Part shown: piece after piece, positions 26,701 through 39,696 of the stretch
Position numbering within the stretch: position 1 is the stretch's first letter
Layout of the letters: every line of letters begins with the position of its first letter
Assembly (NCBI GenBank): GCA_977017645.1
Contig: OZ360221.1
Coordinates: 115,816,001-115,880,000 of the forward strand
Direction of reading: 5' to 3'
DNA length: 64,000 nucleotides
From: Torpedo marmorata
Taxonomy: Eukaryota
Notes under the pieces: model-generated
The model's input: only the letters and a program-made list of their open reading frames with translations
Database searches by the model: none
What the model was told of the DNA's origin: nothing
Translations under genes and position numbers: made by a program

Positions 26701-27662
26701 ACTGGAGTTTTGAAAGATTTTAGCAGAGCAACGGGACACTAGAAGAATATTTAAACATAAAAATAAGAAGTATAATTAAAATCGATCAAGAAAATAGCAA
26801 GGATTTGTCGAGCACTGGCCAAATAATACTTGAAAAAAATCCTATCTTCCAAGTCTAAATATTTCTTGCTGAAAATGTGTTACCGCTATCAATTGTTCTT
26901 AGATTAGATATCATAGATCTCCGATAAAAACTCGAAAATCACGAGTCAAATGAAGGAGGGTAATTGAGGATAAAGTAATGTAATTCAACGGAATAAAATC
27001 AGCTTTTCATTCATGCGATTCCACTTCAATGATAACAAAAATCATGCTATTAACTAAAATCCAATATATGTCATGAACACTGACGTTCCTCGAGGTTTCG
27101 TTATCCTATTTCCAAATAATAGGAAGAAGGAATGGCAAAACTATTTTTCTAGTTCTGTTTGACACGTTATTTCTCGAATTCCCAGGATTTCTAGTTTCTT
27201 CGTTCGGTTGCCGTTTGGTCACCGCGACCGCATGGACCTAGCTGCACATTTAAATATAGAAATTATAATATTCTGTTCAACATCATTTGTATGCTGGTAT
27301 TCTATTATCTATTATTAAATTGTGACTTTTCTAATAAAATACTGATATTGTTTATTTTGTCACGATGCCAACTTCTTTTTTTAAATATCCAGCAATCTAT
27401 AAATGCATTTTACGCAGCATCGTCTTAAGAGATCGGATTGAAGAAAATACAGAAGCAAAGAAAGAGAGATACATTTTAATGCAATTTATATAAAATGTTA
27501 TGCGCGTAACTCCAAATATTACCGAATGTTTTAGAAATAAAAAAATGTTTATAAAGCGTTACAAGTATTGCTGATCTCGAAGCAATGCTGCTATTATATA
27601 TTTCATCATTTTCGCCATATTTGATCTGGTATAATTTAAAATCGATAAATATCATGTCGACT

Positions 27663-27709
27663 GACAGACAAACAGACAGTTAGACAGACAGACTGGCAGA
27701 TAGGCAGAC
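27663..27709. repeat. Degenerate (GACA)n tetranucleotide repeat
   Basis: gacagacaaacagacagttagacagacagactggcagataggcagac. Confidence 0.8.
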
Positions 27710-29547
27710 GGATCCACTCACAATCTTAGATTGTTAAAATGTTTTGTAGAAATTCTGGCAAAATTTCATATGATTTAAATTTTATCCGTTCAACGATGAG
27801 CATTTTTCTATGGTATTCCATTCGATATTTAGAATGTTATTGGACGCTGTTTTCAAACACATGAAACAGACTTTATTCAACATTAAGATTGTGTTGCGCA
27901 GCAACAGATCCTGCTGAAACTGCAGCTGGGAACTTTACAATTCAGTAGACATTGCAGCAACCTAGCGCTTAATCACGGAGCATATATTTGAAATGAGATT
28001 GAATAATAATATAGATCATACCTGCCATCATATTTTAATTACATATACATAAATTCCATTACAAGTCCATTGCAGTAGTTTTGAAACTACTATATGACCG
28101 TTAAACTTCACATACATTTCTGCAGCTTATTGAAAGGAATGCAAGCCTTCGTTACGTTGTGGCAAGAATGTCCATCCAATTATACTTATAAATATATGAA
28201 ACAAATATATGAAATATCGCGGATCTAATTTTGGGAAAAAATATCGTGGAAATAATTATCATTCAGGTGATCGTGGTTCGACCAGTATTTGAAACCATGT
28301 ACAGGACAGTTCATCTTGGTGAAAAGTCCTGCTTTTGTTCCAAACGGTAAAGACAAATGTGCACCAATAAAGGATTTGTGCGATTTTGACTTTCAAAATA
28401 AACTTGGTTTACATTATTTAAATCTTCCGGATTCTTCTAACAAATGAACATTCTTTGACACGGACCACCGTTTCATTCACTCCAAAACCAATATGGGGGA
28501 GTTCCTGTCGAGACCACCCTTTACAATTATATGCTTAAATATCGCAGTTTGACCTAACGATAAAAATATTATGTAGGTGACAGTATATAAAAATATACGA
28601 GTATCCTCCTAAATCACTTTTTTGTTACCATTGTCAGATTTAATTGAGTTATCAATGATTTCATTATAATTTTAAAACTTTAATTAAGTACATTAATCGG
28701 GCATTTCGCGATGTCCTTATTTAATAATTATCTATATGTAATTATCTATATGTAACAGAATTAACGTTTGTTGTACAATTTTGCTTTTTAAATTTTTTTT
28801 ACATAAAATAAAATTATCACATTTCATAAAGTTTGTTTGCGTGCAGTTTAAGCAAGTGATATTTATGTACACATATATGTATATTGGGAGAATTTATTTT
28901 TCTGGTATTGGGATCGATATTAAAAATATATGATAAGAATTATGAAGTCTAACTGCAACTACATAGGTGTATTAATTATACAGATTTGATTTTCCAGCAA
29001 TGTGCTACATTTAACTAGATTCCTCCCACTGTTCTTAAAAAGTCACCATTAACAATGTACATGCATCCATCCGCCTGTAATTCATGGGTGTATGTCTGAA
29101 TGCATGCATTTGTGTTATATTTGTTTGCGTGCATGTGCGTGCATATTCATCCTCGTTGATATGCCCGGTTTTATGTGCGGATATAAAATATTAGTTTTCA
29201 ACTAATTTTTAATTGCTTTCCACTGTTGCAAACAGCACAGTAAGACTGAGGAATGGAGTGGAGGATAATCAATTTAAATTGTCTTATTGGTCATTAAAAA
29301 TAAAACTTTGAAGTACAAATGGTTTTCTAGACCCTGTGTAAAATGGAATTAATCTGTTCACAAACGAGCTGATGGATTCCAAATGAATATACTCCATCGA
29401 CCACAGTCCGATTTTACAAGTGTCATTTGTTGTAGACGTTTTCATCCTATTTACAACCCACGGAATAAATAAATCCGGGTTTCTACCAGTTATTGCACTT
29501 TTTGGCAGCTTGGCGGCACTCTTTTTAAACTCTTTTGTGGATTAATA

Positions 29548-29563
29548 CTGCCATCTTCTGGCC
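29548..29563 (-). promoter_or_regulatory. CTCF motif between HoxA7 and HoxA9 (CBS 7|9)
   Basis: Minus strand GGCCAGAAGATGGCAG is a near-consensus CTCF core, at the position of the known A7|A9 boundary. Confidence 0.8.
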
Positions 29564-31057
29564 GTAAAGAGATCCTGCTACGAAGAAATTGCTGACGGAA
29601 TGCTCAGAAGGGCTGTCCTAAACTGTGTTGAATTTAGTAACTACGTCAATTTTAATCGGGTATTTTATTGTGCCCATCAAATTTAATATGAACTGTTTTA
29701 AACCAAGCTTTAAAATAACTAAATATCGGTTATTTTTCCACGAGACGCAATAAATTAGTAAAGAGATATCTGAGGGGCCCACTTAGAGACGAGACTAATA
29801 AAGGTCGTTATTTCCGCAGACCCTTTTGTCTATGCAGCCAGACAAAACAAATGGATGGCCTTCCCTGGAAAAATACTGATTGTAGCTGGACAGTTGTAAA
29901 CTCATTAAAACCAGAATTCCAGACGGCTTGCCAGACCCTTTATTTTATTGCAAGTCTCCCTGTTTAGTCTTTGAAGTTCTATGTGCAACAACAGAGGGCG
30001 TCGCAACATTATAACCCTCCAGACTGAACACATGAAATTAAAATAAAGCAATTTCCATGTCCCAACTGTGTTAATTTCATAATGAAAATATTTTAATCAC
30101 TATAAACTTTTTCGCGTGTTTGCTCCAGACATGAAGAATGCAGATCGTCAGTGTCGTGTTTATGTACTTCGCCCCTTAACCTCCAGCGTTTTACACCCCA
30201 TAAACGCTTACAGCAGTCATTTTCTTTTATTGCAGTACACCACTCTGAATTTTACTAACGACAGGCACTGCCAAAACTTGCAGCTAACTCGGCCTTTCTG
30301 TCCAAATTCTCAAATCATTTGAATCCCACTAAATCCATCCAAACTGTCTTCGGGGTTTCAAAAAAGCACTAGGAATATTACTATTCGAAAGGAATCTGCA
30401 TAACTGGCCAAATCGTGTACTTCTATTTGCTCACGGTGAAAGGCCTAAGAATAATTTAACTGTATTTGCTTTCAAAGACTCAGACTCTTTTGTGTTGGTT
30501 TGTTAAAGGAATGACGGCAAGAATTAGCGCCAGGCTGTTTTTGATACAGTTATAATTATTCACTTCATGAAATCCCGATAATATTGGAGTATATTTTCAC
30601 GGCAACCTAATCCAGGTTATCCATTTCCATTTGGAGTAAATGTACTGCATTTCTTGCATAACTAACCCACAAAAAATTTACAAACAGCCTGTCGCATTTA
30701 GAGGATGGCCAAGCGACAAATACAAGTTGTTAGTGCACTTTTGCAGGCTCTCAGGTTAATTGGTGATAACTGGGCGTTAAGCTCAAATGTATTCAGGCTC
30801 TGCGTCATCAAATCCCTTTCCAAAACAAATGTGCTACTTAATCGTTTATGATTCCCCTTTTCCCTAGAACTCTAATCCACCTTTAGTTACCAACTAAACA
30901 TCACGTGTTTATTTGGAGAAATCCAAGCGTTAGATTACATTTTAACAACAGAATTTGGGAAAGAACTTTAAAAAGTATTTAAAGTGATCGTTCAATTTTA
31001 CCAAATCGTTGACATTAGATACTCAATAATAAAGGTTGAAATTATTGTCATGAAATT

Positions 31058-31080
31058 TATATATATATATATATATATAT
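31058..31080. repeat. (TA)n microsatellite
   Basis: About 11 TA units. Confidence 0.95.
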
Positions 31081-31599
31081 TCACTGTTTTAAAGTTTAGA
31101 GTTTAATTCTAATATGTCAAATATAATGCATCCATAAAGAGAGAGAAAGAGGTGAATATCTTAAAAATATTTAAGTTGAGTATGGAAATATTTAAGTTTC
31201 GAAAATTCTTAAATTATACCGGATTGATTAAATGTAGTCGCGGACAGAGATCTCTGTCACGTCTTTCAATATATTAAATTCTATGAAGCGAAAACATTCA
31301 TTTTATGTAGTGAAACATATATTTTATTAGACAACAAATAAAATTACATTTCATTACAAACGGTATCGTTTGGTCAATATGACACGAGGTATTCATTTCA
31401 AACGTGTATACAAGTTTAAATGTGTTAGCTCGGAGATCTTAAGAAACCCCCATTTAAAACACATCAGTGGTATATGTTCTTTATATTGCACCCAGATATT
31501 TTCCTTGTATTGTACACATTACATTTATTGACAATATTGTTTTTTTCATCGCATAAATGCATCTAGACAGTCTTAAGAGCGACATTTACACACAAAACA

Positions 31600-32218
31600 T
31601 AGGTAGTTACTAGTTATACATATAGGTAGTTTTAAACCATATCTTATACTTTTCTTTGCACCACAACACCGATAAATACAAAGTGTCTGAGAACTTTATT
31701 CGTGCTTTCATCACAATAGACAACAGTATCGTGTAGCAGTATGTTCAGCGCTGCTTTTAAATAAAACTTATATTAGCATTCTATGCAATTCAGTTTCATA
31801 TATTTGCTGAAGAACAACACAACCGTCATGCACCCAGGCAAGGCCGATACTCAGTCTCACAAAGACAGCATAAAGCCCCGGCGTTTTCACAAGTTAATTC
31901 ACAGTGAAAATAATACAATATATGTCCCAAGTTCACCACGAAAATAACATTTCATATCCAACACACAGCCGGTTAGTTTTATATTAAGCATCCTGAGTTG
32001 AATTGAGATTTTCCTTTTGTTTGTTTACACGATCTTTACGCAGACACCGCCCAAGCACAAAGGCCCAGTCACAGATAATCACAACAGACACAAGGATTCA
32101 AGTGTATAGGCAGCCACGTGTGCTGCATGTAAAACAAGTAAATATTAAACTAATACAGTATTACGGAATTACTGTCCGCATAGAATAGCGGTTGATTAAG
32201 AGAAGGTAGTTTTCATGT
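31600..32218 (-). promoter_or_regulatory. miR-196 target sites in the HoxA9 3' UTR
   Basis: On plus: TAGGTAGTT at 31600, TAGGTAGTTT at 31623 and AGGTAGTTTTCATGT at 32204; these are the complements of seed matches on the mRNA. Confidence 0.75.
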
Positions 32219-32448
32219 AAAGGTAGATTCCATCGCCACAGACTTAAACTTGCCGCAGATGTCTCCCTCTTTGGTTGCCATCTAACAAGTGTATTAGTCT
32301 TTCTCACCCCAAGTATAGTCCAGAACTGGCAAAGGAATAATTTGTGCTAATGGTATGACACAATGTTCATAATGTCTTTCTAAGCAGGGCCTGTTTCGAT
32401 TGTAATGGTGAATTAGTTCGTTGCTCTTCGAAGATGTTTTACTCCGTG

Positions 32449-32690
32449 TCACCGGTCATCTTTTGGTCGTTCCTTATTAATTTTTTTCATTTTCATTCTT
32501 CTATTCTGGAACCAGATTTTAACTTGCCGTTCGGTGAGGTTGAGGACCCTGGCTACTTCGTATCTGCGGTCTCTCGTGAGGTACATGTTAAACAAGAATT
32601 CTTTTTCCAGCTCCAACGTCTGATGCTTGGTGTAAGGGCAGCGTTTTTTTCTGGTAGACCGTGCGTGCAGCCAGTTGGCGGAAGGGTTAT
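32449..32690 (-). CDS. HOXA9: Homeobox protein Hox-A9, exon 2 (homeodomain)
   Basis: Acceptor tttcAG|AT. Encodes (N)[79 protein letters not shown]. Confidence 0.97.
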
Positions 32691-33117
32691 CTGAAAGTAT
32701 AAAGGAAACACATTTACGATATTTCCCTTCTCTGCTGGTCAAATACTGTAATATTCTCAGAATCAAGACACCTTTACAGATAATAGAGGGTGGATTCATG
32801 AAGCTGTTTACTGCAAATCCATATGTTTACACAGATTCTCAAATTTACACAAATGGTCCTGTTCAGTGAACAAAATCTATGAATAAAATAGTAAAGAAAA
32901 GCTTGCATGTTTGTGTTGTACATTTCGTGCATTTTGTCTATCCAGTGACCTTATCCTCATCGCATTTACTTGCCCAGATGCACTTGAATTATGGAGTCAG
33001 TAATTAATACCTTCCCTTTCTCAATTTTAACGAATGTTTTGTGGTTCAGTATGTACACGATTTCTATCTGGCATAAATGTCTAAAAGGTACAACACGAAC
33101 CTTCATCAAATATGTTT

Positions 33118-33119
<2 letters not shown>

Positions 33120-33153
<34 letters not shown>
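33120..33153. repeat. (AC)n microsatellite in the HoxA9 intron
   Basis: About 17 AC units. Confidence 0.97.
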
Positions 33154-33156
<3 letters not shown>

Positions 33157-33274
33157 TAATTGGGTGAACTTTTATTTCTTTATTCAATGAAGTAGTCTGG
33201 TACATAAAATTGTTCTAATTTACAATCACTAGCAAACAAAGGAAAGCAAGCAATCCTGAAATGTCCATACTTAC

Positions 33275-33815
33275 TTGGATCCATGTGCATCTTATCTGCG
33301 TTTGATTCAACCTCGCCACTGTTTTCAGAAAAGGAAATCTCGGCCAGACGTTTATCACCAGGAGATGCTCCACAAGAATATTCTGAGAGGGCTAACGTGT
33401 GTGTTTCAAACGTGGTGCAGTCATTCCTGCGGGCTGCTGCAGGGTCAGGTTTGATACCGTAGTGTCTACTGGACGGTAGCCCGGGGAAGGACAAGGTCCC
33501 CGGCATGGGTTCTAGCCAGGAGCGCATGTACCTACCATCAGGCGTAGCGGCAATAGGTGCCTGGTGCATGTATGGGTGATAAACGGTGGGCATGTTGGCA
33601 GAGCTCTGAGCATGAACCGGGTTCCAGGACGTGCTGAACACAGTCGCTTTAGACTGGAAGTTACATGGGGAAAAATCGGGGTGCTCAGCAAGGGTTGCCT
33701 GCCTGGACGACTGAGCCAATGGACCCGATGCATATCTGGACGATAGCAGATCCTCGTTTTCATGCATTATAAGAGAGTCGACATAATAATTGCTGATAGT
33801 CCCCGATGTCGACAT
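33275..33815 (-). CDS. HOXA9: Homeobox protein Hox-A9, exon 1
   Basis: MSTSGTISNYYVDSLI...DGRYMRSWLEP...RHYGIKP (Hox9 activation region). Phase-1 donor A|GTAAGT at 33274. 541+242 nt gives 260 aa. Confidence 0.97.
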
Positions 33816-33924
33816 TCTCGGCAATGACACAGCAAGCTCCTCTGAAAATATGAAAGAGCAGATTTCAATATAACAACTTACCACCGGGACAAGTACAGTC
33901 CGCTAATATGGTGCAAGCGCACTT

Positions 33925-34030
33925 CCACGCCATTGGATAAATTACCCACGTGATTCAAAAAACAACAATAAAATATAAATCAATCCGCAGCTTGTTGCGG
34001 GGTCAATCTTTTATCATCATAATTTTATTT
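33925..34030 (-). promoter_or_regulatory. HoxA9 proximal promoter
   Basis: CCAAT (minus, 33932-33936), E-box CACGTG (33947-33952), TGATTTAT Pbx/Hox-type site and Cdx-type AT-rich sites, 110-210 nt upstream of the ATG. Confidence 0.65.
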
Positions 34031-34938
34031 AGCAACTCCATATGTTTTTATGAAAAGGGATATAATCATTTCTATGTAAGGAAGACGATTACTTTCTGCC
34101 AAATGAAATGCAAAAAAATATTCGGTTGAATTTCTTTTCTTAAGGGACTACTTTATACTATAATCAATCTTCCCATCAGATGCTCGTTTTTTTTTAACGA
34201 ACACCTTATAATCGTTAACCTTCTCATAAAATATTATGAAAAGAGTGAAACTGTAAACTGCAAAAAAAAAACAACGAAAAATTAGATCGGGTAAGTATTT
34301 ACTATTCATGATTAGTAAAAACTAAAATGCAAATTTATATTTACAAATAAAAACGGTTAACGAAGTTTAAAAGGCTACCTCTGAGAAGTGGCGAGAGTAC
34401 CTGCAGCTACTATCCATTTTTCATTTTAAAAACGAGACACACATTAAACCCACTGTGTCAATCTCCGTTTTTATAACAGTTTGAGCAATAAAACTACATG
34501 TTAGCAAACTATAGCCATTGCAAAACGACTTTCTACGTACAATAAACCAGAATTAATTACAACTTCCGCATTCAACGTGCTATTTTGGTTGACAGATGCA
34601 GATGCACGGGTGATATTAATTTGTTCGGAAATCCAGTAGTTCCCATATCTTTCTCTTCGGATTCGTGGACATTCTGTTTCATTCATTCACTGGCGGATTA
34701 CGCGGGGAGTAATTTGCAAAGCTTTCCTTCACTGACGGTATTTGGAAATTTCATCTCTTATACGGTTAAGATAACTACCTTTCAATGGCAAAATAAAAGC
34801 AAACCGTTAGACATAATAAATATAAAACGTGAACGGCTTATTTCTGTGTATTTAGGCAGCAACCTTGTTGATGGTTTGATGTAATATATTTTCTGTTTTC
34901 TCGGAAGATTAAATATTACAACGAAATTCTGTGCTTTA

Positions 34939-35136
34939 NNNNNNNNNNNNNNNNNNNNNNNNNNNNNNNNNNNNNNNNNNNNNNNNNNNNNNNNNNNNNN
35001 NNNNNNNNNNNNNNNNNNNNNNNNNNNNNNNNNNNNNNNNNNNNNNNNNNNNNNNNNNNNNNNNNNNNNNNNNNNNNNNNNNNNNNNNNNNNNNNNNNNN
35101 NNNNNNNNNNNNNNNNNNNNNNNNNNNNNNNNNNNN
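34939..35136. other. Assembly gap (198 N)
   Basis: Run of N. Confidence 0.99.
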
Positions 35137-38100
35137 TGTATGTGTGAACGTGTATATCTAAAGCGATGGGCGATTTTAGTTAACAATATTAAAATTAACC
35201 TAAATAATATTTTAGAAGACCGGTATCATGGCCCGGTCCAGTTTTTAAGTAAATAAATGACCAATATATTTAAGACTAAAAGGATGAAAGAACTTCAGAA
35301 ATATTTCGTCATGTATATGAATGGCCGTTAATGCTATATCGCGGAGAATGGCTTATCATTGCTATTCAAATATGAAATATTTTATTTTGTGTCTGAGGAT
35401 CAGCCGTTGATATTTTTGTTTGTATGGCTTCCTTGCACAGGTCTTGCAGAGTAAAATGGTAATGTTTTACTGTTTTTGATTGGGACACTCTTTAAAATAT
35501 ATGTTATGAAAAGCGACATCTTACAATCTGTAAAAAAAAATTAAAACCGTTATCCTAGATGACTCGCACTTCGCCCAGATTTGTTTTATTAAATACCCTT
35601 GAGTCTTTCACTCCATGTAATTAGAAACTGTCGATTCATAATTGAGCTTTATCGGTTCGATTCTAAGTTTATCTTCATCTGTGGCGATTGGACCGTGGAA
35701 AAATACAGTTCTGCTGAATAGAACAAAGGTTAAAAAAATCTCTCGGGTACTTCGACAGCAGCAACAACGTGAAAAAAAATCAACGTCTTTCTCCACAACT
35801 AACATGAAGTACTTGAACTGTTGCGTTGTATTCAATAACACAGAAATAGTGATGAAACAAAGACAATTCTCAGATGCCACTTCAAACCAACGTGCTGTCG
35901 CCAGTGTGGTGAACAGCTTGTTCCCACATATACCCTCCTCAACTCTACTGCCCTCAGCCCCACAACCATCCGCTTATTGTACAAACCTTGAGATGCAAAT
36001 AACTGAAATGCAACGTCCTTTTCTTGGCGATTTTTTAAAAATCTGAACAATTATATTTTTGTTCACTCTCTAAATTTTTACCATTTGGGTGACTGGTCGG
36101 AAAGGAGGGTTGTGGTGGGTGGTATGGTGGGTGGCGTGGTTGGTAGGGGACTAAAGTGTGAGTTGTGGCTGTAGGCGGGGGAGGGTGTTGGGGAGATTCG
36201 GCCTTAGCTTGCCTGTGGGCATGAGTGTCTGATCAGCGGAACGTTACAGTGAATCTGGTGAAGTGGTGCGGTTCAGAGCAGAATCAAGAACCATTCAAGT
36301 CCAGTGTTGAGCCTCGGGGAGGGAAAAAAAAAGACGTTTTGCGTTTCCTATGCAGATGGCCTGAAATTTGGATTCAAATGTTGATTTTATAAATATAAAG
36401 TGAAGCCACGGGACCTAAATCTGCACTTCGCTTAAAAAATACCTGTTCATCTGATTAAAATTGGGGTTTTTAAAGGAGATACATGTATTTTTTTTAAAAA
36501 CTACTGGCCATTAAAACAAAAGTTGGAATTTACTGCGGCAAGCTGTGATACTAAAGATTTATATTTTGTAGAAATGCGTTCTTTAAAACAATATACTTGA
36601 ATTCGTTACGAATGAAGTGATTAGTCAATTCGTCCCTATACCGAATCCGCTCCCCACCCCCACCCGGAATGGATAGCTACGAATTTGATGGTTTGTTCGG
36701 TGTAGATTTTCTGTTTTCGAGATTTATTTGGGCGTTCAATAGGGAGGATCATAAGTTGTTTGCAAGCTATAGCTCTCGAGCAAGGATATGAAAGAAAAAC
36801 AGCAGAAAGAGAAAAATATACCGTTTTAGGATTCAATTCGCTGAAGTTCTCCAATAAATTATTATTTTGCCGATCATTTAACAACATTAGGAATACAGTT
36901 ATGCACCCATTTCAAATTTCAGACAAATTTGGCAGAGGCGCCGATCAGATCTCATTATACAACAAGGAGAGCGGATCAAGGATAAAGCAAAATTGCTCTT
37001 TACTGGCAGTATTGAGTTGGTCTGATATGTTTTTACTTTGGAATTATGTTTGTTGCAAATATGCAACACAATCTATTATTTCGTGTGATTATTATACCAA
37101 TGAAAGTTGTCAGAAGTATTATACCGATGTTTTCTCAAAAATGTTTTGCTTTATGATATTACACAGACAAATAAAGTATTCATTGAAGGCACCTTGTAGC
37201 CAGAAGCACATTGCAAAAATGAGCAAAGCTGGTTGAGAAAAGTGTTCAAGGTTGGCAACCCTTGAAATGTGTTTTTTTTATTTTTGGCTTTTCGGTCCCA
37301 CTCATTTAACAAAAACACTGACGCCTTTATTTCCGCTCAGATAACATCTGTGTGAGACTGTAAAGCTCAATTTGTAGAGGCACAATATGTGAGGACGACA
37401 AAGATCTTTCATCGTTGTGGAGTCTAATTTGCCGTAAGCAGAATAATTTGACAAAGATCCACACAATATATAAACACAGTAAAAAAAAGAATGAATCAAA
37501 TCCTGGAGATGTACGCATATGAGAAGAATCAAAATTGGTCAGATTGCTTTGCAACTAAATAGCCAAACAAGTCATGACTGATTAAGCCAAACGTTATATT
37601 GTGGTGTTTACGAATAATTGAATCACTTTTTAGTTAATTCACGGCAACCCGAAATTAAATACCGAATTTAAAACTATAAAGATGGACTGCATGCACTGTT
37701 TTATTACGCGAACGTTTAATTTAACTATAATGAAGGAAACTACAAAACTGTCGCTGCTTCCTTTTTTATAAGATTATAAATCATATGAACCTTGGAGTTG
37801 ATTGTGAGCAACGCTCAAATAATTAAATCCAAGGTGCAATCAGATTGATTTTCAAACAACACTTTATATGTCTTATTAGATTTGTCAAATAAGTCATTTT
37901 TGAAGAACATTAAATTGAAAAAAAATGTATATTGCTTATCTAAATTATCATTCGATACTTATGCTTATTCGATAATTATCAGTGATATGAGAAATTTCCT
38001 CAATTCCTTGGCAAACTATTTGGTCCATCAAACCTGGGCAATCTGGACAGAATGCGTTTAGTCAAAGTGTCGAGTTGTACATTTTTAAACAGAGCCTGGT

Positions 38101-39612
38101 TGTTACCAGAAGGGAGGCTTTGACCAGGGCAAACTTGACTTCCTCCGCTGGACAATAAGCCATTGCCGACGATTGTATAAGGTAATACAGTGGCCGCGGG
38201 AGAATATGGACATACAATAGGTTAAGACGCACATTTTTCACAAAATGCTCTTTTTCAATGCAAAAAATAATCAAAATAAATATATCTGCTTTCCGTAATA
38301 TGAACTTCTACAACATTGTGCATGATATAATTTGTTATTGCATATGAGTTTTTAGACATACTATTTGAATCAAATATCAGCAGGTTACTTGCAATGCTAA
38401 TATAAAATTAGTTGCAGGAACATATGGGAAATTGTATTTAAATACATTTCCTTTGTACAATATGACTGAGTTCCACATTCTCTCGGTTAATTTCTTCTGC
38501 TTATTTTAGCACAGAACAATCACCAAATATGCATGTTACATACAATAAACGTAATTCTATATTCATTAAACGAGACAATAAACTATCTGGTTATGATGCT
38601 TATTTTGCAAGGTGACATTGAAACATCAATTTTAAATTGTTTAATTCCGATGGATGTTCAATTAACTGGACCAACAAAATAAAGTGACATTGTGCTTGTT
38701 TACTTGCTTTGCTTAGATTAAAGCTTCTGTTTGTCTCGTCTAAACAGCCCAATATAGTGGGCAAGTCTGCTTTCTGTGTTTAGTCTAGTTTCTGCAGAGC
38801 ATGAGCCACCGACCGAGAAGCGCTTCCACTACACTCCGGCGAGGTCGCTGTTTCCAAGAACAAAACAAAATTACGCGCCCAGGCGCCATGTAATGATCAT
38901 AACCGAGGCCTTGTGCCTTCCAAGTAATTTCTTTGTCTTGCACATGGGAGAATACATATGCTAAAAACGCGTATCCTAAATCATTCTGCACGGGCCCGTT
39001 TTATATCTGGCTTTCACTGCGAATTACAAGATGAGCTATGTGCCGAATGTACCAAACAAATATGTAACTTTCAGGCAATGCTAATAGAGTTGTGGAATAT
39101 TTATCATTACATAATTGAAAACAGCATTGCATCGATTACGTCGTCGTACATATGTAACTGCAGTAATCTGCAGTAAGATACAACGGACTAATACCGGCAC
39201 TTTCAAAGAATGGGGCGACAGGGCATATATATCGAAGGGAACTGAAAATAAATCATATTTAATTTAAACGTGAACTTGATCGCTCTTCGGAAAAATAGAC
39301 ACATCTTATGTATAATATTATATTTCAGAAATCCCAGATCACCACATTGTTCCGAAAGCACAATCCAGCGTGAGTTTGCAAAATGAAGAAGCTTCTCGTC
39401 TGTTCTTTAAAAAAAATACACAGTTGCATTAATTTCGGGGGATGGGGGACTTACAGAAGAACTATCTACCATGTCATTTCATTACACATTCTTATTCCGA
39501 TTGCAGAACATGCCACTTTACGGATGATCGTATCACTTTTACTTTTTCGCGGTTATTTGAGTATCTGCCGTTTCTTTCCAAACCAGCACAAGAACTTACT
39601 GGCGATGACGAT

Positions 39613-39696
39613 AACTGCAGTAATTCAGGCAGTTTCGTGTTGTAGAGTGAGACTTTAGCCCCAACAACATGAAACTACCTAAATCACACCTCAGTT
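39613..39696 (-). ncRNA. MIR196: microRNA mir-196 precursor (HoxA-linked, positional ortholog of mir-196b); mature 5p at 39660-39681
   Basis: Minus strand aactgaggtgtgatt-TAGGTAGTTTCATGTTGTTGGG-gctaaagtctcact-ctacaacacgaaactgcctga-attactgcagtt. Exact mature miR-196 with a complementary 3p arm and basal stem, located between Hox9 and Hox10. Confidence 0.97.

Noticed and set aside
28725-28755. 14-bp tandem duplication TAATTATCTATATG
   Set aside because: Ordinary slippage in AT-rich spacer DNA.
25062-32448. HoxA8 gene or pseudogene between HoxA7 and HoxA9
   Set aside because: No homeobox-like or YPWM-coding remnant seen by eye or in the ORF track; absence of A8 is normal for gnathostome HoxA clusters.
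33816-33884. N-terminal extensions of the Hox ORFs (also 15531, 57290, 55802, 11696, 32799)
   Set aside because: They start at non-ATG or intronic codons. Conserved N-termini and splice sites define the real boundaries.
35608-37236. Intergenic ORFs of 134 and 158 aa between HoxA9 and mir-196
   Set aside because: Non-ATG starts, low-information composition, and no domain or splice support.
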